Below, one piece after another: positions 43,561 through 56,952 of a stretch of DNA of 64,000 bases. Source of the stretch: Octopus vulgaris (lineage: Eukaryota); the NCBI GenBank assembly GCA_951406725.2, contig OX597824.1:16554001-16618000 (forward strand), in the 5' to 3' direction. The translations under genes and the position numbers were made by a program. The notes below the pieces were generated by a model. The model had not been told where the DNA came from. It made no database searches and saw nothing but the letters and a program-made list of their open reading frames with translations. The number at the start of each line of letters is the position of its first letter. Positions within the stretch are counted from its first letter, which is position 1.

Positions 43561-44619
43561 TGGCATATATATATATATATCCGTGTACATTCAACCGTAG
43601 TTTACATTTTTGTTAAGTTCAAACATACCCCATAAAATCTGATTCATCACAAGCTTTAGGATAAATGGATGCCTAATAGGAATAACGTATCTTTACAGAT
43701 TTGACCATCAGTATGTGAAGATAACTTTAGAGTTTTACCTACAGCACGTAATTATATTTTGTTAAACATACTACTTTGATATATCCGAGCTATTTGTTAC
43801 ATTTCGCTTTCACGGATTTTCTTTACACCTCATTCATGTTATTGCGTATTTGATGAAATTTTATATGCATGTATGTATGTGTATGTATGTATGTGTGTGT
43901 TTGTATGTATGCATGTGTATGTGGCTATATGCTAGTATTTATGTATGTATGTATGTATGTATGTATGTATGTGTGTATGTATGTATGTATGTGTGTATGT
44001 ATGTATGTATGTGTGTATGTATGTTTGTATGTATGTATGCATGTATGTATGTATGTATGTATGTATGTCTGTATGTATGTGTGTGTGTATGTGTGTATGT
44101 ATGCATGTGTATGTGTCTGTATGAATGTATGTATGTGTGTATGTATGTGTGTATGTGTGTATGTATGTATGTGTATGTGTCTGTATGAATGTATGTATGC
44201 ATGTCTGTCTGTCTGTATGTATGTGTGTATGTCTGTATGTATGTGTGTATGTGTGTATGTATGTATGCATGTGTATGTGTATGTATGTATGTATGTATGT
44301 ATGTATGTATGTATGTATGTGTGCGTGTGTGTATGTGTGTGCATTTGTGTATGTATGGATGTATGCATTATGTACGTATATATGTATGTCTGCATTTATG
44401 TATGTATATATACATATGTATACGTGTGTGTTTGTATGTATGTATGCATGTGTATGTGTCCGTATGTATGTATGCATGCATGTATGCATGTATATATGTT
44501 TGTATGTATGTATGTGTGTGTGTATGTGTGTATGTATGTAAGTGTATGTGTATGCATTATGTACGTATATAAGTGTGTCAGCATTTATGTATGTATATAT
44601 ACATATGTATACGTGTATA

Positions 44620-44667
<48 letters not shown>

Positions 44668-45139
44668 CATGTGTGTGTGTGTGTGTGTGGATGTACATTT
44701 TCTAAAGTACACCAAAGCAGTGAAGGTAATTAAAGAGATGCAAATGATGATGACGGCGAGGATGGCGAAGATATTAATAAATCTATTGATTTTTCACAGA
44801 CACACGTCCTTCTATTAAGGGTACGTTTTATAAAACAATATGATAACCACGGGTACTCGACGGATACATGAAAAGCAACCTAGATACTAAGAACATCGAA
44901 CACGATCTGTAGTTATAACTAATAGGTTTCGGTCTTCGATATACATATATTTCAAAAAAGAAACGGTTATCTTATAGCAATGGTACCAAATATACCCGGC
45001 AAGATATTTTCTTTGTGGATTTCTTGATCCTGTTATCCAATCATATTATTTTAAAAATATGAACACACATACATACATATATACATACATACGTAGATAC
45101 ATATGTATATATACATACACACATATACATATACATATG

Positions 45140-45485
45140 TACCAAGGATTCCAACATCACCATCAAAATACAGGTCCAGATACTGCAACAGCTTGGGTTT
45201 CAGAGGACCACAGCTCTTTAACATCCTCCCTAAATGCCTGAGAGAATTACATGGTGTGGATGTGGGTTTCTTTAAAACTAAACTGGATCTCTTCTTGCCG
45301 GGAGTCCCAGATGAGCCTACCTCACGACAGGAGACACAGATGCGGGCAGCAGCATCGAACTCCCTTGTTGATCAAGTGCCACGTATCAGAGGTGGATTCA
45401 CAAATTAGTGTAGCTCATTCAGCGGTGGTGCCCCAGCATGGTCGCGGCCTTCGGGCTTAAAACTTTTTTAAGGATTTAAGGATTT
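45140..45485 (+). mobile_element. 3' fragment of a CR1-type LINE
   Basis: SLGFRGPQLFNILPKCLR..FKTKLDLFL..VPDEP..SNSL; tail GGTGGTGCCCCAGCATGG..(AGGATTTA)2. Confidence 0.85.
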
Positions 45486-45732
45486 ATATATATATATATA
45501 TACACGCACATACACATACGTACATATATACATACGCACATACACATACACACACACACACACACGCACACACATACGCATACATACACACATACATATG
45601 CATATATATACACATATACACGCAGGCACACACGCACATACACACATGCCCGCACATACATACATATGTATATATAGATACACACACACACATATATACA
45701 TATATATACACATACAGGCACACACTATACAT

Positions 45733-45777
<45 letters not shown>

Positions 45778-45937
45778 CACATGCATATATGTATATATAC
45801 ACACGCACAGACACATATACACCTTGAAACACTGATTATAATGATCGCATTCCTTTTTCAGTCACTACGTCCTCCATCTCTTTCATTTTTCCATTTCTCA
45901 TCTTCATCTTCGTTTTTGTCATCGTTGTAAACGACTC

Positions 45938-46287
45938 CATCATCATCATCATCATCATCATTCTTCTTCTTCTTCTTCTTACTTCTTCTTCACCTTCTTT
46001 TTCTTCTACTTCTTCTTCATTTACCTCACCTTCTTCTTCATCTTCATCATCATCATTTTCTTCTTCTTCTTCTTCTTCATCATCGTCATCTTCTTCTTTT
46101 TCTTCATCATCATCTTCTTCTTCATCTTCTTCTTCTTCTTCTTCTTCTTCTTCTTCTTCTTCTTCTTCTTCTTCTTCTTCTTCTTCTTCTTCTTCTTCTT
46201 CTTCTTCTTCTTCTTCTTCTTCTTCTTCTTCTTCTTCTTCTTCGTCTTCTTCTTCTCTTCTTCATTTTCTTCACCTTCTTCTTCATC

Positions 46288-46332
<45 letters not shown>

Positions 46333-46400
46333 TTCATCTTCTTCTTCTTCTTCTTCGTCTTCTTCTTCTCTTCTTCATTTTCTTCACCTTCTTCTTCATC

Positions 46401-46436
<36 letters not shown>

Positions 46437-46580
46437 TTCTACTTCTTCTTCATCACCTTCTTCTTCACCACCTTCTTCTTCTTCTTCTTCTTCTTCTTCT
46501 TCTTCTTCTTCTTCTTCTTCTCCTTTTTCTCTTCCTTCTCCTCCTCCTCCTCCTCCTCCTCCGTCATCATCGTCATGACC
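45938..46580. repeat. (CTT)/(CAT) pyrimidine tract with an internal ~110-bp duplication
   Basis: Directly visible; CGTCTTCTTCTTCTCTTCTTCATTTTCTTCACC occurs twice. Confidence 0.95.
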
Positions 46581-46928
46581 GTTTCCCCCCCCCATCACCA
46601 TAATGATCATTGCATCTTTATTGCCTTCCCCCGTCGAACCCTTCTCCTTCACTCCTATCCTTATTTCCTTCCCTTCTCCATCCTTCACACGCTTCAGATA
46701 ACATTTAAATTCTGGCTTGTTATATGTGAGTGTATGTATGTGTGTGTGTGTGTGTGTGTGTGTTAGTGTATGTATATGTGTGTGCGTGTTTGTGCGTTTG
46801 TCTGAATATGTGTTTACGTGTGTCCATATGCTCATGTATGTGTGTGTGCGTGTGCGTGTGTGGTTCCGTGCACTTGTTCATTTTTGACTGTGTATATATG
46901 AGTGTTTGTGTATTTGTGTGTTTGTGTA

Positions 46929-46976
<48 letters not shown>

Positions 46977-47118
46977 TGTTGAAGGGTCTATGTGTGTGTG
47001 TATACATGTATACATGTATATGTGTGTTTGTGTGCTTGTGTGTGTGCATGTCTGTGTGTGAGTGAATGTGCGTTTTGAAAGGTTTATGTGTGCGTGTATA
47101 CATGTATATGTGTGCTTC

Positions 47119-47155
<37 letters not shown>

Positions 47156-47524
47156 ATGTCAGTGTGTGTGTGTGTGCGCGCGTGTGTGTATGTGTATGTA
47201 TGTGTGTGTTTGTTGAAGAATCTATGTGTGCGTGTATATATGTAGATGTGTGTTTGCGCGTGTGTGTGTGTGTATGTATGCGTGTGTTGAAGGGTCTATG
47301 TAAGCATGTATACGTGCAGATGTGTGTTTGTGTGTGTGTATGTATGTGTGTGTTGAAGGGTCTATGTAAGCATGTATACGTGTAGATGTGTGTTTGTGTG
47401 TGTGTGTTTGTGCGTGTGTTTGTATGTATGTGTGTGTGTGTCGAAGGGTCTCTGTGTGCGCGTATACATGTATATAGGTGTTTGTGTGTGTGTTGCTGCG
47501 TGTGTGCGTGTATATATGTATGTG

Positions 47525-47564
<40 letters not shown>

Positions 47565-48186
47565 TGTATGTCCCCTTCCAGAAATGTTCATTCTCGGTGT
47601 CACTACGGAGCTTATTGATCAAACTTCACACAGTTATTGCAACAGCCAGGTGCAATAGCGGAAAGGGAGAAAAACGAAAGAAAGAAAGAAAGAAAGACGG
47701 AACGAAAGAAAAAAAAGAAAGAAGGAAAGAAAGAATGAATAAATAAAGAAGCAAAACAAAAAAACAAATAAGCGAATAAATAGCAAAAAAAAAACATACA
47801 AAAAATAGACATATAATAATGGTAAACTCAATAAACACGGGCAAAATCTAGCGTAACCTCCTCTATATATATATAGAACAGAGAAGATAAAAAAGAATTT
47901 TAAAAAACGGGGACAGCAAGGAAAAAAATATAAAAAAAAAAAATGAAAGGATAAAAAAAAAAAAACGATTGGGGGCCTGTTGATGAGATGGTTCTGTTTG
48001 CTTGGAGGTGGCATTATTTCCGTACGTATTGTGCGAAGTGTGGAACATTCTAACTGGATTATAGGACTTTTCACGAAATTTTGTCGTAGGTTCGCGCCTG
48101 GCGGCAAGTAGGGATTGTGGAGTCTGGTGCAAAACTGGCCTACTGAAATAATCACACGCTAACGCTCGACAAAAAGAATGTATATA

Positions 48187-48260
<74 letters not shown>

Positions 48261-48273
48261 GTATATATATGTA

Positions 48274-48307
<34 letters not shown>

Positions 48308-48327
48308 CATTATATATATATATATAC

Positions 48328-48372
<45 letters not shown>

Positions 48373-48375
48373 CAG

Positions 48376-48411
<36 letters not shown>

Positions 48412-48742
48412 GTATAGAAATGTGTGCCCCTTTTTTTCACACATAGACAGCCCTAGTAAAACATCATCTCAAGCACTCGAGCAAAAACTAAAAAAAACAA
48501 CAAAAACAAAAACAAAAAAGAAACAAAATGAAAGGGGAAAGTCCACCCTCAAGTTGTCTTTCCCTCTCTTTGTCTCCTATTGTTTCTCTCACCACCTCTC
48601 TATTTCTTAAACACATGCACGCACAAATAAACATCATATATGTACATACATACACACATATAAGTATGTGTGTGTACGTGTTTATGTGCGTGTGATATTC
48701 TGCTTTTTTGTATTTAAATGTGCATACACACACAGATACACA

Positions 48743-48795
<53 letters not shown>

Positions 48796-48993
48796 TATAT
48801 ATATATATATGTATATACATATGTTTGTATGTATGTATGTATGTATGTATGTATGTATGTATGTATGTATTTCGTTTGGCATTGCGAGGCCAATAACCCG
48901 ATGTAGAACTCCATAAGGGTATGTTTCAGAACGAAATGTATAGAGCGATAATAAAACAAAGCGATGGCAAAGGAATAAATGATTACACTATTA

Positions 48994-50500
48994 CACTGGC
49001 CAATATATTCTAACTTTTTTTCTGCTGTCACAAGTTTGAGACCACTGTTTTGGGGGTAATTTGGAGTCACTGAGTTTAAAAGGGCAATAGTTTTTTTTCT
49101 ATCACGTCTAGTTTTTATTTTCTATGGGCTGGCCCATATTGGCCCCACCCGTAGCTCCATGTTTGAAATGTTTGAATTCCTCTGACCCTTTTTGTTATAT
49201 AAGTGGGTGTTTTGCAGTACCAAGTCCAATGAACGTTAGTGACATTGTGAAAAGATCCTACTTGTCTTACTTAAAGATTAAAGTTGGTGATCAGGATAAA
49301 TCGTGTGCCTGCACAATATACTTAAACCCTATGTCGAAAATCTACGCCAATGGACAAAAGGCACAAGGAAACAATTAACATTTTGCATTTGTATGATATG
49401 GTGGGAGTCAAAGAACCATGTAAACGATTGCTACTTTTGTCTCACAAAGACTTCTTGCTAGAGTAAGAGAACGTGACAGAAAATTAATTACCCAAATCTG
49501 GATTCAACAATTCATCCAGTGCTTCACTCAGATGGAATACCAGTACCCGTTTTCAAGGATCTACCTTTACTGCAGGGTGAAAGAGATATACGTGAAGTAT
49601 ATATAGATGATGCACATGACAGTGATATAGACTTTGTTGAAACATCAACCAAAGAACGTGAAAACTTCAACCAGGCAGAACTTAATGATTTCGTTAAAGA
49701 CTAAGGACTGCCAAAAGAGTTACCAGAACTGTTAGCTTCTAGGCTTAAAGAGAAGAATTTATTGAAGCAAAAAACAAAGGTGCCTTTTTTATCAGAACAA
49801 AGAAAAAGATCTCTTGGCATTCTTTACAAATGGAAAATATTTTATTTACTGTTGTGACGTGGCGGGACTGTTAAAGATGATGGATGATCCTAGTAAATGG
49901 AAACTATTTATAGATAGTTCAAAGAAGAGTCTAAAATGTGTATTACTCCATAATGGAAACTTGTTTGGTGCGCTTCCTATTGGTCACTCTGTGCACTTAA
50001 AAGAGAATTATGATCACATAAGAGTTGTATTAGATTTACTTAAGTAAATGGGTCATATATGTGGATCTTAAAATGGTCAATTTTTTACTTGGCCAAGAAG
50101 GACCCTATACAGAATATCCGTGTTTCCTGTGTTTATGAAATAGCCAAGCGAGAGACAAACATTGGGAAGAGAAACTATGGTCAGTTACCGAAAAACTTTG
50201 ACTGTTGGGGAGAAGAATATCATACACCAACCACTTGTTGAGCAAGAAAAAATCATCTTTCGACCCCTTCATATTAAACTAGGACTAATGAAGTAATTTG
50301 TCATAGCACTTAATGTGGAAGGTAACTGTTTCAAATTCATATGTACTTCATTTCCTGGCCTAAGTTATGATAAAATAACTGCTGCTGCTTTTGATGGACG
50401 CAAATCAGAATGTTCACGAAATGCTTGAATTTCTCGAGCTGACATAGAAGAAAGAAAATGGGATTCATTTGTGACTACTGTGAAAGGATTTTGTGGCGCG
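48994..50500 (+). mobile_element. Chapaev3-like DNA transposon remnant with disrupted transposase (~49140-50490)
   Basis: TTA|CACTGGCCAA terminus; FCYISG, KVGDQDKS, DCYFC, FNQAELND, WKLFIDSSKKSLKCVLLHNGN, ICVDLKMVNFLLGQ, PLHIKLGLMK; family assigned from memory. Confidence 0.7.
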
Positions 50501-50509
50501 TGAAAGTGC

Positions 50510-51420
50510 TGCAAACTACAAGGATCGCGAGATTTAACCTTGCAGCTTAGTGTGCGCTGTTGTTCCTCTTTTCTTCCTTAATAATTTGGCTAACTGACTA
50601 ATTACAGGTGCATTCTAAAGACATTTAATATACTATGAGACTCTTGTTTTTGGAAAGGTGTGCCAATATCCTCATTAGTGAGTAGACATGTTGTTAATCA
50701 ATTTGATAATGATGGATTAGAACCCTTTCTTTTCAACATCTAACAAAGAAAGTTCTCGAAACCGATTAAGTCCTAATGAGTTCTCTTCCTTTGGAACAAA
50801 AAAAGCCCACAGTAAGTGTCCAGAGGGTTCGTGTTTCTTATTACAAACTGTCTATAATGATTTCCTTAATTTTTTTAGAAAGATGTTTTCTGAATATTTT
50901 AAGTGGTACCAAATGGTTCTGGAGAAAATCCTGCCTGAAGTTTTGTCACAACTATTTTTATTTCGTTAAGATTGAAATTTACCATCTCGAAAGGGGTGTG
51001 TCGCTTCACAGGTTAGCAGCTGAAAAGATGAGTCCCGCAATGGAATGTCTCTCCTGGGATCGCCGAGGATGCTGTCACGTTGTCCTCCACTTCATTCTTA
51101 CATCATGATACACTTCAAATATTGGGTGTATTCGGATGAGGTCGGCTCTCGATCGGGAACTGTTGATAAACTGCTCTTCTCTCCTTTCGTCCCTCTCTCT
51201 GTTTCTCATGGATTGTCTCTGTCCTACAAAGCTGGAGTAAGTTTAACTGTAGCGCCAAGCTCATCGTATATTTCTTCACCGTCTGCTTTATTTTCTACCC
51301 TTCCATCAACAATAATGCATCTTACCTTTATTGTGTAATCTGACGCTGCTCCTATGGAAGCCAAGCGACTTACAAGCTCTCCTTCTTTAATACTAAAACT
51401 TCACAGAAGCCCAGAACCCT
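50510..51420 (-). pseudogene. HERO-like RLE LINE RT N-terminal fragment
   Basis: FFVPKEENSLGLNRFRELSLLDVEKK; KIVVTKLQAGFSPEP. Confidence 0.6.
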
Positions 51421-51431
51421 CCTATGTATCC

Positions 51432-51519
<88 letters not shown>

Positions 51520-51531
51520 CATTATTATTAT

Positions 51532-52090
51532 TGAGTGAGAGAGTAGTGCATGCCATCAAAGTGACACTGGGGTAAAATATACGAAGCCATGTATACCCAT
51601 CATGACTACTCGTCTGATAAGGGTACACCAGGCACATGCATCACAACCCTATGTGCGCGACATGTTGATCTCATATCAAGATAAACAGCGCATGACCTTG
51701 CAGGTGGGGGCTCAGTTAGAATTTTCTTCTGGTCGAGTAGCCCATTCTGCTCAAAAGGTCCCTGAATAAGGGTTGTTTAAGGATGTTGAACGAAACATCC
51801 ATGTTTCCAGAGGTGAAATATTCAAACTCCAAAGAATCTCTCTAAACACATGGCTATGATGCTCCCCCTCTACTTCTGCTCGTAATCAGAGATGCACATA
51901 TCATCAGCCACTAAGGGACATGCTCAACTGGTTAAGGTTAAACAAATGACAAGCAAATCTGTGGTATTGAACATAATATTTGCTGTAGCCCATCTTTTAT
52001 ACAAAGACATAACAATGTACATGAAAAACACTTCCAATCAGTTAAGATCAGAAGACACGAGAGCCACTGCCTGGTACTGCATCAGGGCAC
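51532..52090 (-). mobile_element. ~560-bp non-coding repeat embedded in (TAA)n; partial copy at ~39230-39460
   Basis: CAAAAGGTCCCTGAATAA...TAAGGGACATGCTCAACTGGTTAAGG shared with the 39230 copy; (TTA)n on both sides. Confidence 0.7.
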
Positions 52091-52168
52091 TTATTATTAT
52101 TATTATTATTATTATCATTATTATTATTATTGTTGTTATTATTATTATTATCATTATTATTATCATCA

Positions 52169-52241
<73 letters not shown>

Positions 52242-52339
52242 GAAAGCATCATTATTATTGTTGTTATTCTTGTATCTAAGATTAACTACATCTATTGCTT
52301 AAACAGTTCTTTTCGCTGGTATTGCTACTGGTGGTATAG

Positions 52340-52373
<34 letters not shown>

Positions 52374-53119
52374 CCATCATCATCATCATTACTATTGTAA
52401 TTACTATTATTATTGTTATTATTATTTATTGTTTTATTGTTCCCAGTCACACATCTTGTCATTATTTATCACGATAAGAGACAAAATATTTTCATTCGTG
52501 ATAAACGAAGCGATGTATTCTTGTTTCAGGAGCGATGATGATATTGTCAGCTGTGATTGCAGCACAATAATCCATTTACTTACCAATTAATTACCCTAGC
52601 CGCAAATAGCCAGATATGTCATGGGTTTGACATCTTCGAAAGCTAATCTGCTTTAGACGTCACTTGTTGGCATACTATAACACACAAAGAAAAAATAAGC
52701 ATTTTTAAGACATCTTAGACAAGGAAGTGTACAAATAGTAGAGTCATGCGTACACACCTACCAACACACACACGAACACGTACACTCACATACACACGCA
52801 TACACACACAAACACACACACACACACACACACATAGACAAACAAAGACACACTTTTATGGACATACTGGCAGACACACCGATATATTCATGCATACATA
52901 TGTATATATCTTTGCACGTATTAACGCACAAACATACTTATACATGTGTGTGTGTGTGCATACATACCATACATAGCCACACACACACACACATACACAC
53001 ACATATATATGTATATTCATATATGCATATATGTGCATATATTTATATAAATGTATATATACATATTTATTTATATATATACATGTATATCTATATATTT
53101 GTGTTTGTATATATAAATG

Positions 53120-53157
<38 letters not shown>

Positions 53158-53212
53158 TTTATGTATGTGTGTGTGTGTATATATATATATGTATATATAT
53201 ATTTATACATGT

Positions 53213-53246
<34 letters not shown>

Positions 53247-53331
53247 GAATATATATATGTATGCATATATATGGACATATACATATATATATATATATAT
53301 GTATATATGAATATGTATGCATATATGTATG

Positions 53332-53369
<38 letters not shown>

Positions 53370-53370
53370 C

Positions 53371-53422
<52 letters not shown>

Positions 53423-54027
53423 CTATAGATACATACACTCACACACAGATAGGTACACATATATAAGTATTTTCACAAACACATACTCATTTATATTGAC
53501 AAACATTCGGGTGTTCAGAAACTCACACTTAGACATGAGTGTGGCTGCAGCGATATATATATATGTATGCATGCATTTATGTATGCGTGTATGTATGTAT
53601 GTATGTATGTATGTATGTATGTATGTATGTATGTATGTATGTATGCGTATGTATGCCTGTATAGATGCAATGACACTATGTATAAGGAGAATGTTTGTCA
53701 ATGCATGAAGCCAGATAAGCGATGTCTTCATCGAAGCCAAATTATAGTTTATCTTAAAATTCACTAAAACTAGTTATTTCTCACCCCATCCCCACACCCC
53801 AGTTTCTCAGCCTCCTTTTCACATATTTACCCTCTCTTCCCCTTATTAACACGTCGTCACTTCGCAAACTTATACCACTGTCTGTAAACGCGCGTGCGCA
53901 CGTATCAAGTACACACACGAACACTTATAGAGATCCCCGTATACAGCCACACAAAAGCACGCCCACATAGATATAAACACATGCGTACATTAATATACAC
54001 ATATATATGTATATATGTGTATATATA

Positions 54028-54153
<126 letters not shown>

Positions 54154-54154
54154 A

Positions 54155-54336
54155 CCGTTAGCTCCTACACGCATTTTTCTCTCCTTGTTTTTTTCTGTGT
54201 ATCTTTCTGTCGAAGAGCGTAGGCTCGAAACGTAAAAGACTTGTTCTATTTCTGTTCCTGAGCGCCATACTAATACATTTGTTTGTTTGTACTCCACCTG
54301 CCTTCGTCTTTTGTTTATTTTCGTAAACCTTCCCGT
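54155..54336 (+). mobile_element. Family P unit with the best-preserved hammerhead-like motif (54202-54239)
   Basis: TCTTT-CTGTCGA-A-GAGC GTAG GCTC-GAAA-C-GTA-AAAGA; (TA)n on both sides. Confidence 0.8.
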
Positions 54337-54411
<75 letters not shown>

Positions 54412-55052
54412 TAATATCAGGGTAATAAAGATTTTAGGAATTTTTACTACCATCATAGGAATCCTTTCCACTAGAAAGAACATGATGGAAGTCTCTAAAT
54501 GTGTTTTAATGTAAACTGTATTTTATATATATACACATATGTGTGAGTGTGTGTGTGTGTGTATATACATGTATATGTATGTACTATGTCTTCTTCTAGT
54601 CACAGGACTACTTGGACGCTGCCTCCAAAGAGTTAGTCGAAGAAGTATGTTTTTTTAAAAGCCTGGTGCTTATTCTATCGGTGTCTTTGGCCGAACTGCT
54701 AGGGTTAAGTGGGCGTAAATACACCAACACCAGTTATCAAGCAGTCGTGGGGTAAAACACAAAAGCATGCACATATATATATACACACATGTACGTACAT
54801 ATATACATATATACCTGAATATAAATACACATGCATATATATATGTACATGAATATAGATATATGTATATGCGAGGGATTTCTTTACATATACACACACA
54901 CATATGTGTGTATGTGTGTGAGAGAGAGAGAGCACGTGTGAGAGATGGAGTGTGTGTGTGTATGTGTGTGTGTGTGTGTATCTGAGTGTGCTTTTGTGGG
55001 TGGGTGTATGTGTGCGTATTTATAATAAACCTATCGGTATAATTTGGATAAT

Positions 55053-55636
55053 CTTCTTTACTACTTTAGGCACAAGGCCTGATATTTTGGGGGAGAAGGT
55101 CAGTCGATTAGATCGACCCTAGTACGCAACTGGTACTTAATTTATCGAACCCGACAGGATGAAAGGCAAAATCGACCTTGGGGGAATTTGAACTCAGAAC
55201 GTAAAGACAGACAAAATACCTATTTCTTTACTACCCACAAGGGGCTACACGCAGAGAGGACAAACAAGGACAGACAAACGTATTAAGTCGATTATATCGA
55301 CCCTAGTGCGTAAATGGTACTTATTTAATCGACCCCGAATGTATGAAAGGCAAAGTCGACCTCGGCGGAATTTGGACTCAGAACGTAACGGCAGAGAAAA
55401 TACCTATTTCTTTACTACCCACAAGGGGCTAAACACAGAGAGGACAAACAAGGACAGACAAACGGAATAAGTCGATTATATCGACCCCAGTGCGTAATTG
55501 GTACTTAATTTATAGACCCCGAAAGGATGAAAAGCAAAGTCGACCTCGGCGGAATTTGAACTCAGAACGTAACGATAGACGAAATACCGCTAAGCATTTC
55601 GCTCGGTGTGCTAACAGTTCTGCCAGTTCGCCGCCT
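55053..55636 (-). mobile_element. SINE B with three modules and 15-bp TSD
   Basis: TSD TATAATTTGGATAAT at 55038 and 55637. Confidence 0.92.
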
Positions 55637-56074
55637 TATAATTTGGATAATATTAAATTGGAATTGTGTTCTGTTTAGAAATCAGACGTCTTTCGAATTA
55701 TTCTCGACAAGTAATCTAGTTTTACTTCTGTGCTGTTAAAACAGAGATATAGCTTCAGATATACTTTTGAGAAATTCTAGAAAAATTCCGTGATAGTTAT
55801 TTTAAATCGCAAGCTGTCAGACGGTGGTAAGCTGATAAATGATTTAAAAGGTTTAAAATCCATCATGAAATAAAAAACAACAAAAACAAAAACAAAAACA
55901 TGTCTGTGTGAATATGTGAAAATTTCAGTTGTGTTTGAGTAAAATAATTCAGAAATGAAGAGAGAAATTATTGGAACAAACATTTTTTTGTAAAATAAAA
56001 CGTGAAATATCCCTTAGATAAAGAAAAATATAGAGATATGTACATAGTGGTCTAATATACTGTTTAATGATGCC

Positions 56075-56425
56075 AATATTGTGAAGCAAAATCGGCTGTC
56101 TTTACGTTCTGAGTTCAAATTCCGCCGTGGTCGACTTTGTCCTTCATTCTTTTCGGGTCGATAAATTAAGTACCAGTTGCGCACTGGGGTCGCTCTAATC
56201 GACTGACTCCCTCTCTAAAAATTTCGGGCCTTTTGCTTAGAATAGAAAAGAATATTGTGAAGCAAAATCGTTTGACTTTACGTTCTGAGTTCAAATTCCG
56301 CATAGGTCAACTTTGCCTTTCATCATTTCGGGGTCGATAAATTAAATACCAGTTGAGCTAATCGACTGCCCCCTCCCCAAAAGTTTCGGGCCTTGTGCCT
56401 AGAGTAGAAAAGAATATTGTGAAGT
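56075..56425 (+). mobile_element. Two tandem 5'-truncated SINE B copies
   Basis: AATATTGTGAAG occurs before, between and after the copies. Confidence 0.85.
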
Positions 56426-56469
56426 CAATTTTAAACATGTGTGTGTATTTATTCATCTGCATAATTCGT

Positions 56470-56603
56470 CTGGCTGTGTGGTAAGGAGCTTGCTTCCCAA
56501 GCACATAGTTCGAGGTTCAGTCCTGCTGCATGGCTCTACTAGAGCGTCGGAGCGACCAAAGTCTTGTTGGAAGATTTGGTAACGGAAACTGAAAGAAGCC
56601 TGT

Positions 56604-56606
<3 letters not shown>
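56470..56606 (+). mobile_element. SINE A left half, diverged
   Basis: TGGCTGTGTGGTAAG...GGAAACTGAAAGAAGCC. Confidence 0.75.
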
Positions 56607-56670
<64 letters not shown>

Positions 56671-56687
56671 TATGTATGTATATGTAT

Positions 56688-56880
56688 TGTCGAGTGGTAC
56701 CCGCGCGAGCGAAAAAACCACCCGGAAGACATCCACGACGGTGGAGTTACGATTTCAGGAGGACGATTGGGATCACGTGGATGAGAAAGGCGCGATCCAG
56801 AGAGGAGTGGACAGCGTGCTGTGACCAGCGGTGTCAAATGGACGCCTGACGGACTGGTTGGTCAAGGTGATCAAGGTGAT
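56688..56880 (+). mobile_element. 3' end of an RTE-clade LINE
   Basis: VEWYPRERK / GRHPRRWSYDF..TWMRKARSREEW; tail (CAAGGTGAT)2. Confidence 0.75.
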
Positions 56881-56889
56881 ATGTATGTA

Positions 56890-56952
<63 letters not shown>

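Noticed and set aside
42960-44690. Many YI/VC/TH-rich ORFs here and throughout the window
   Set aside because: Di- and tetranucleotide microsatellite translations
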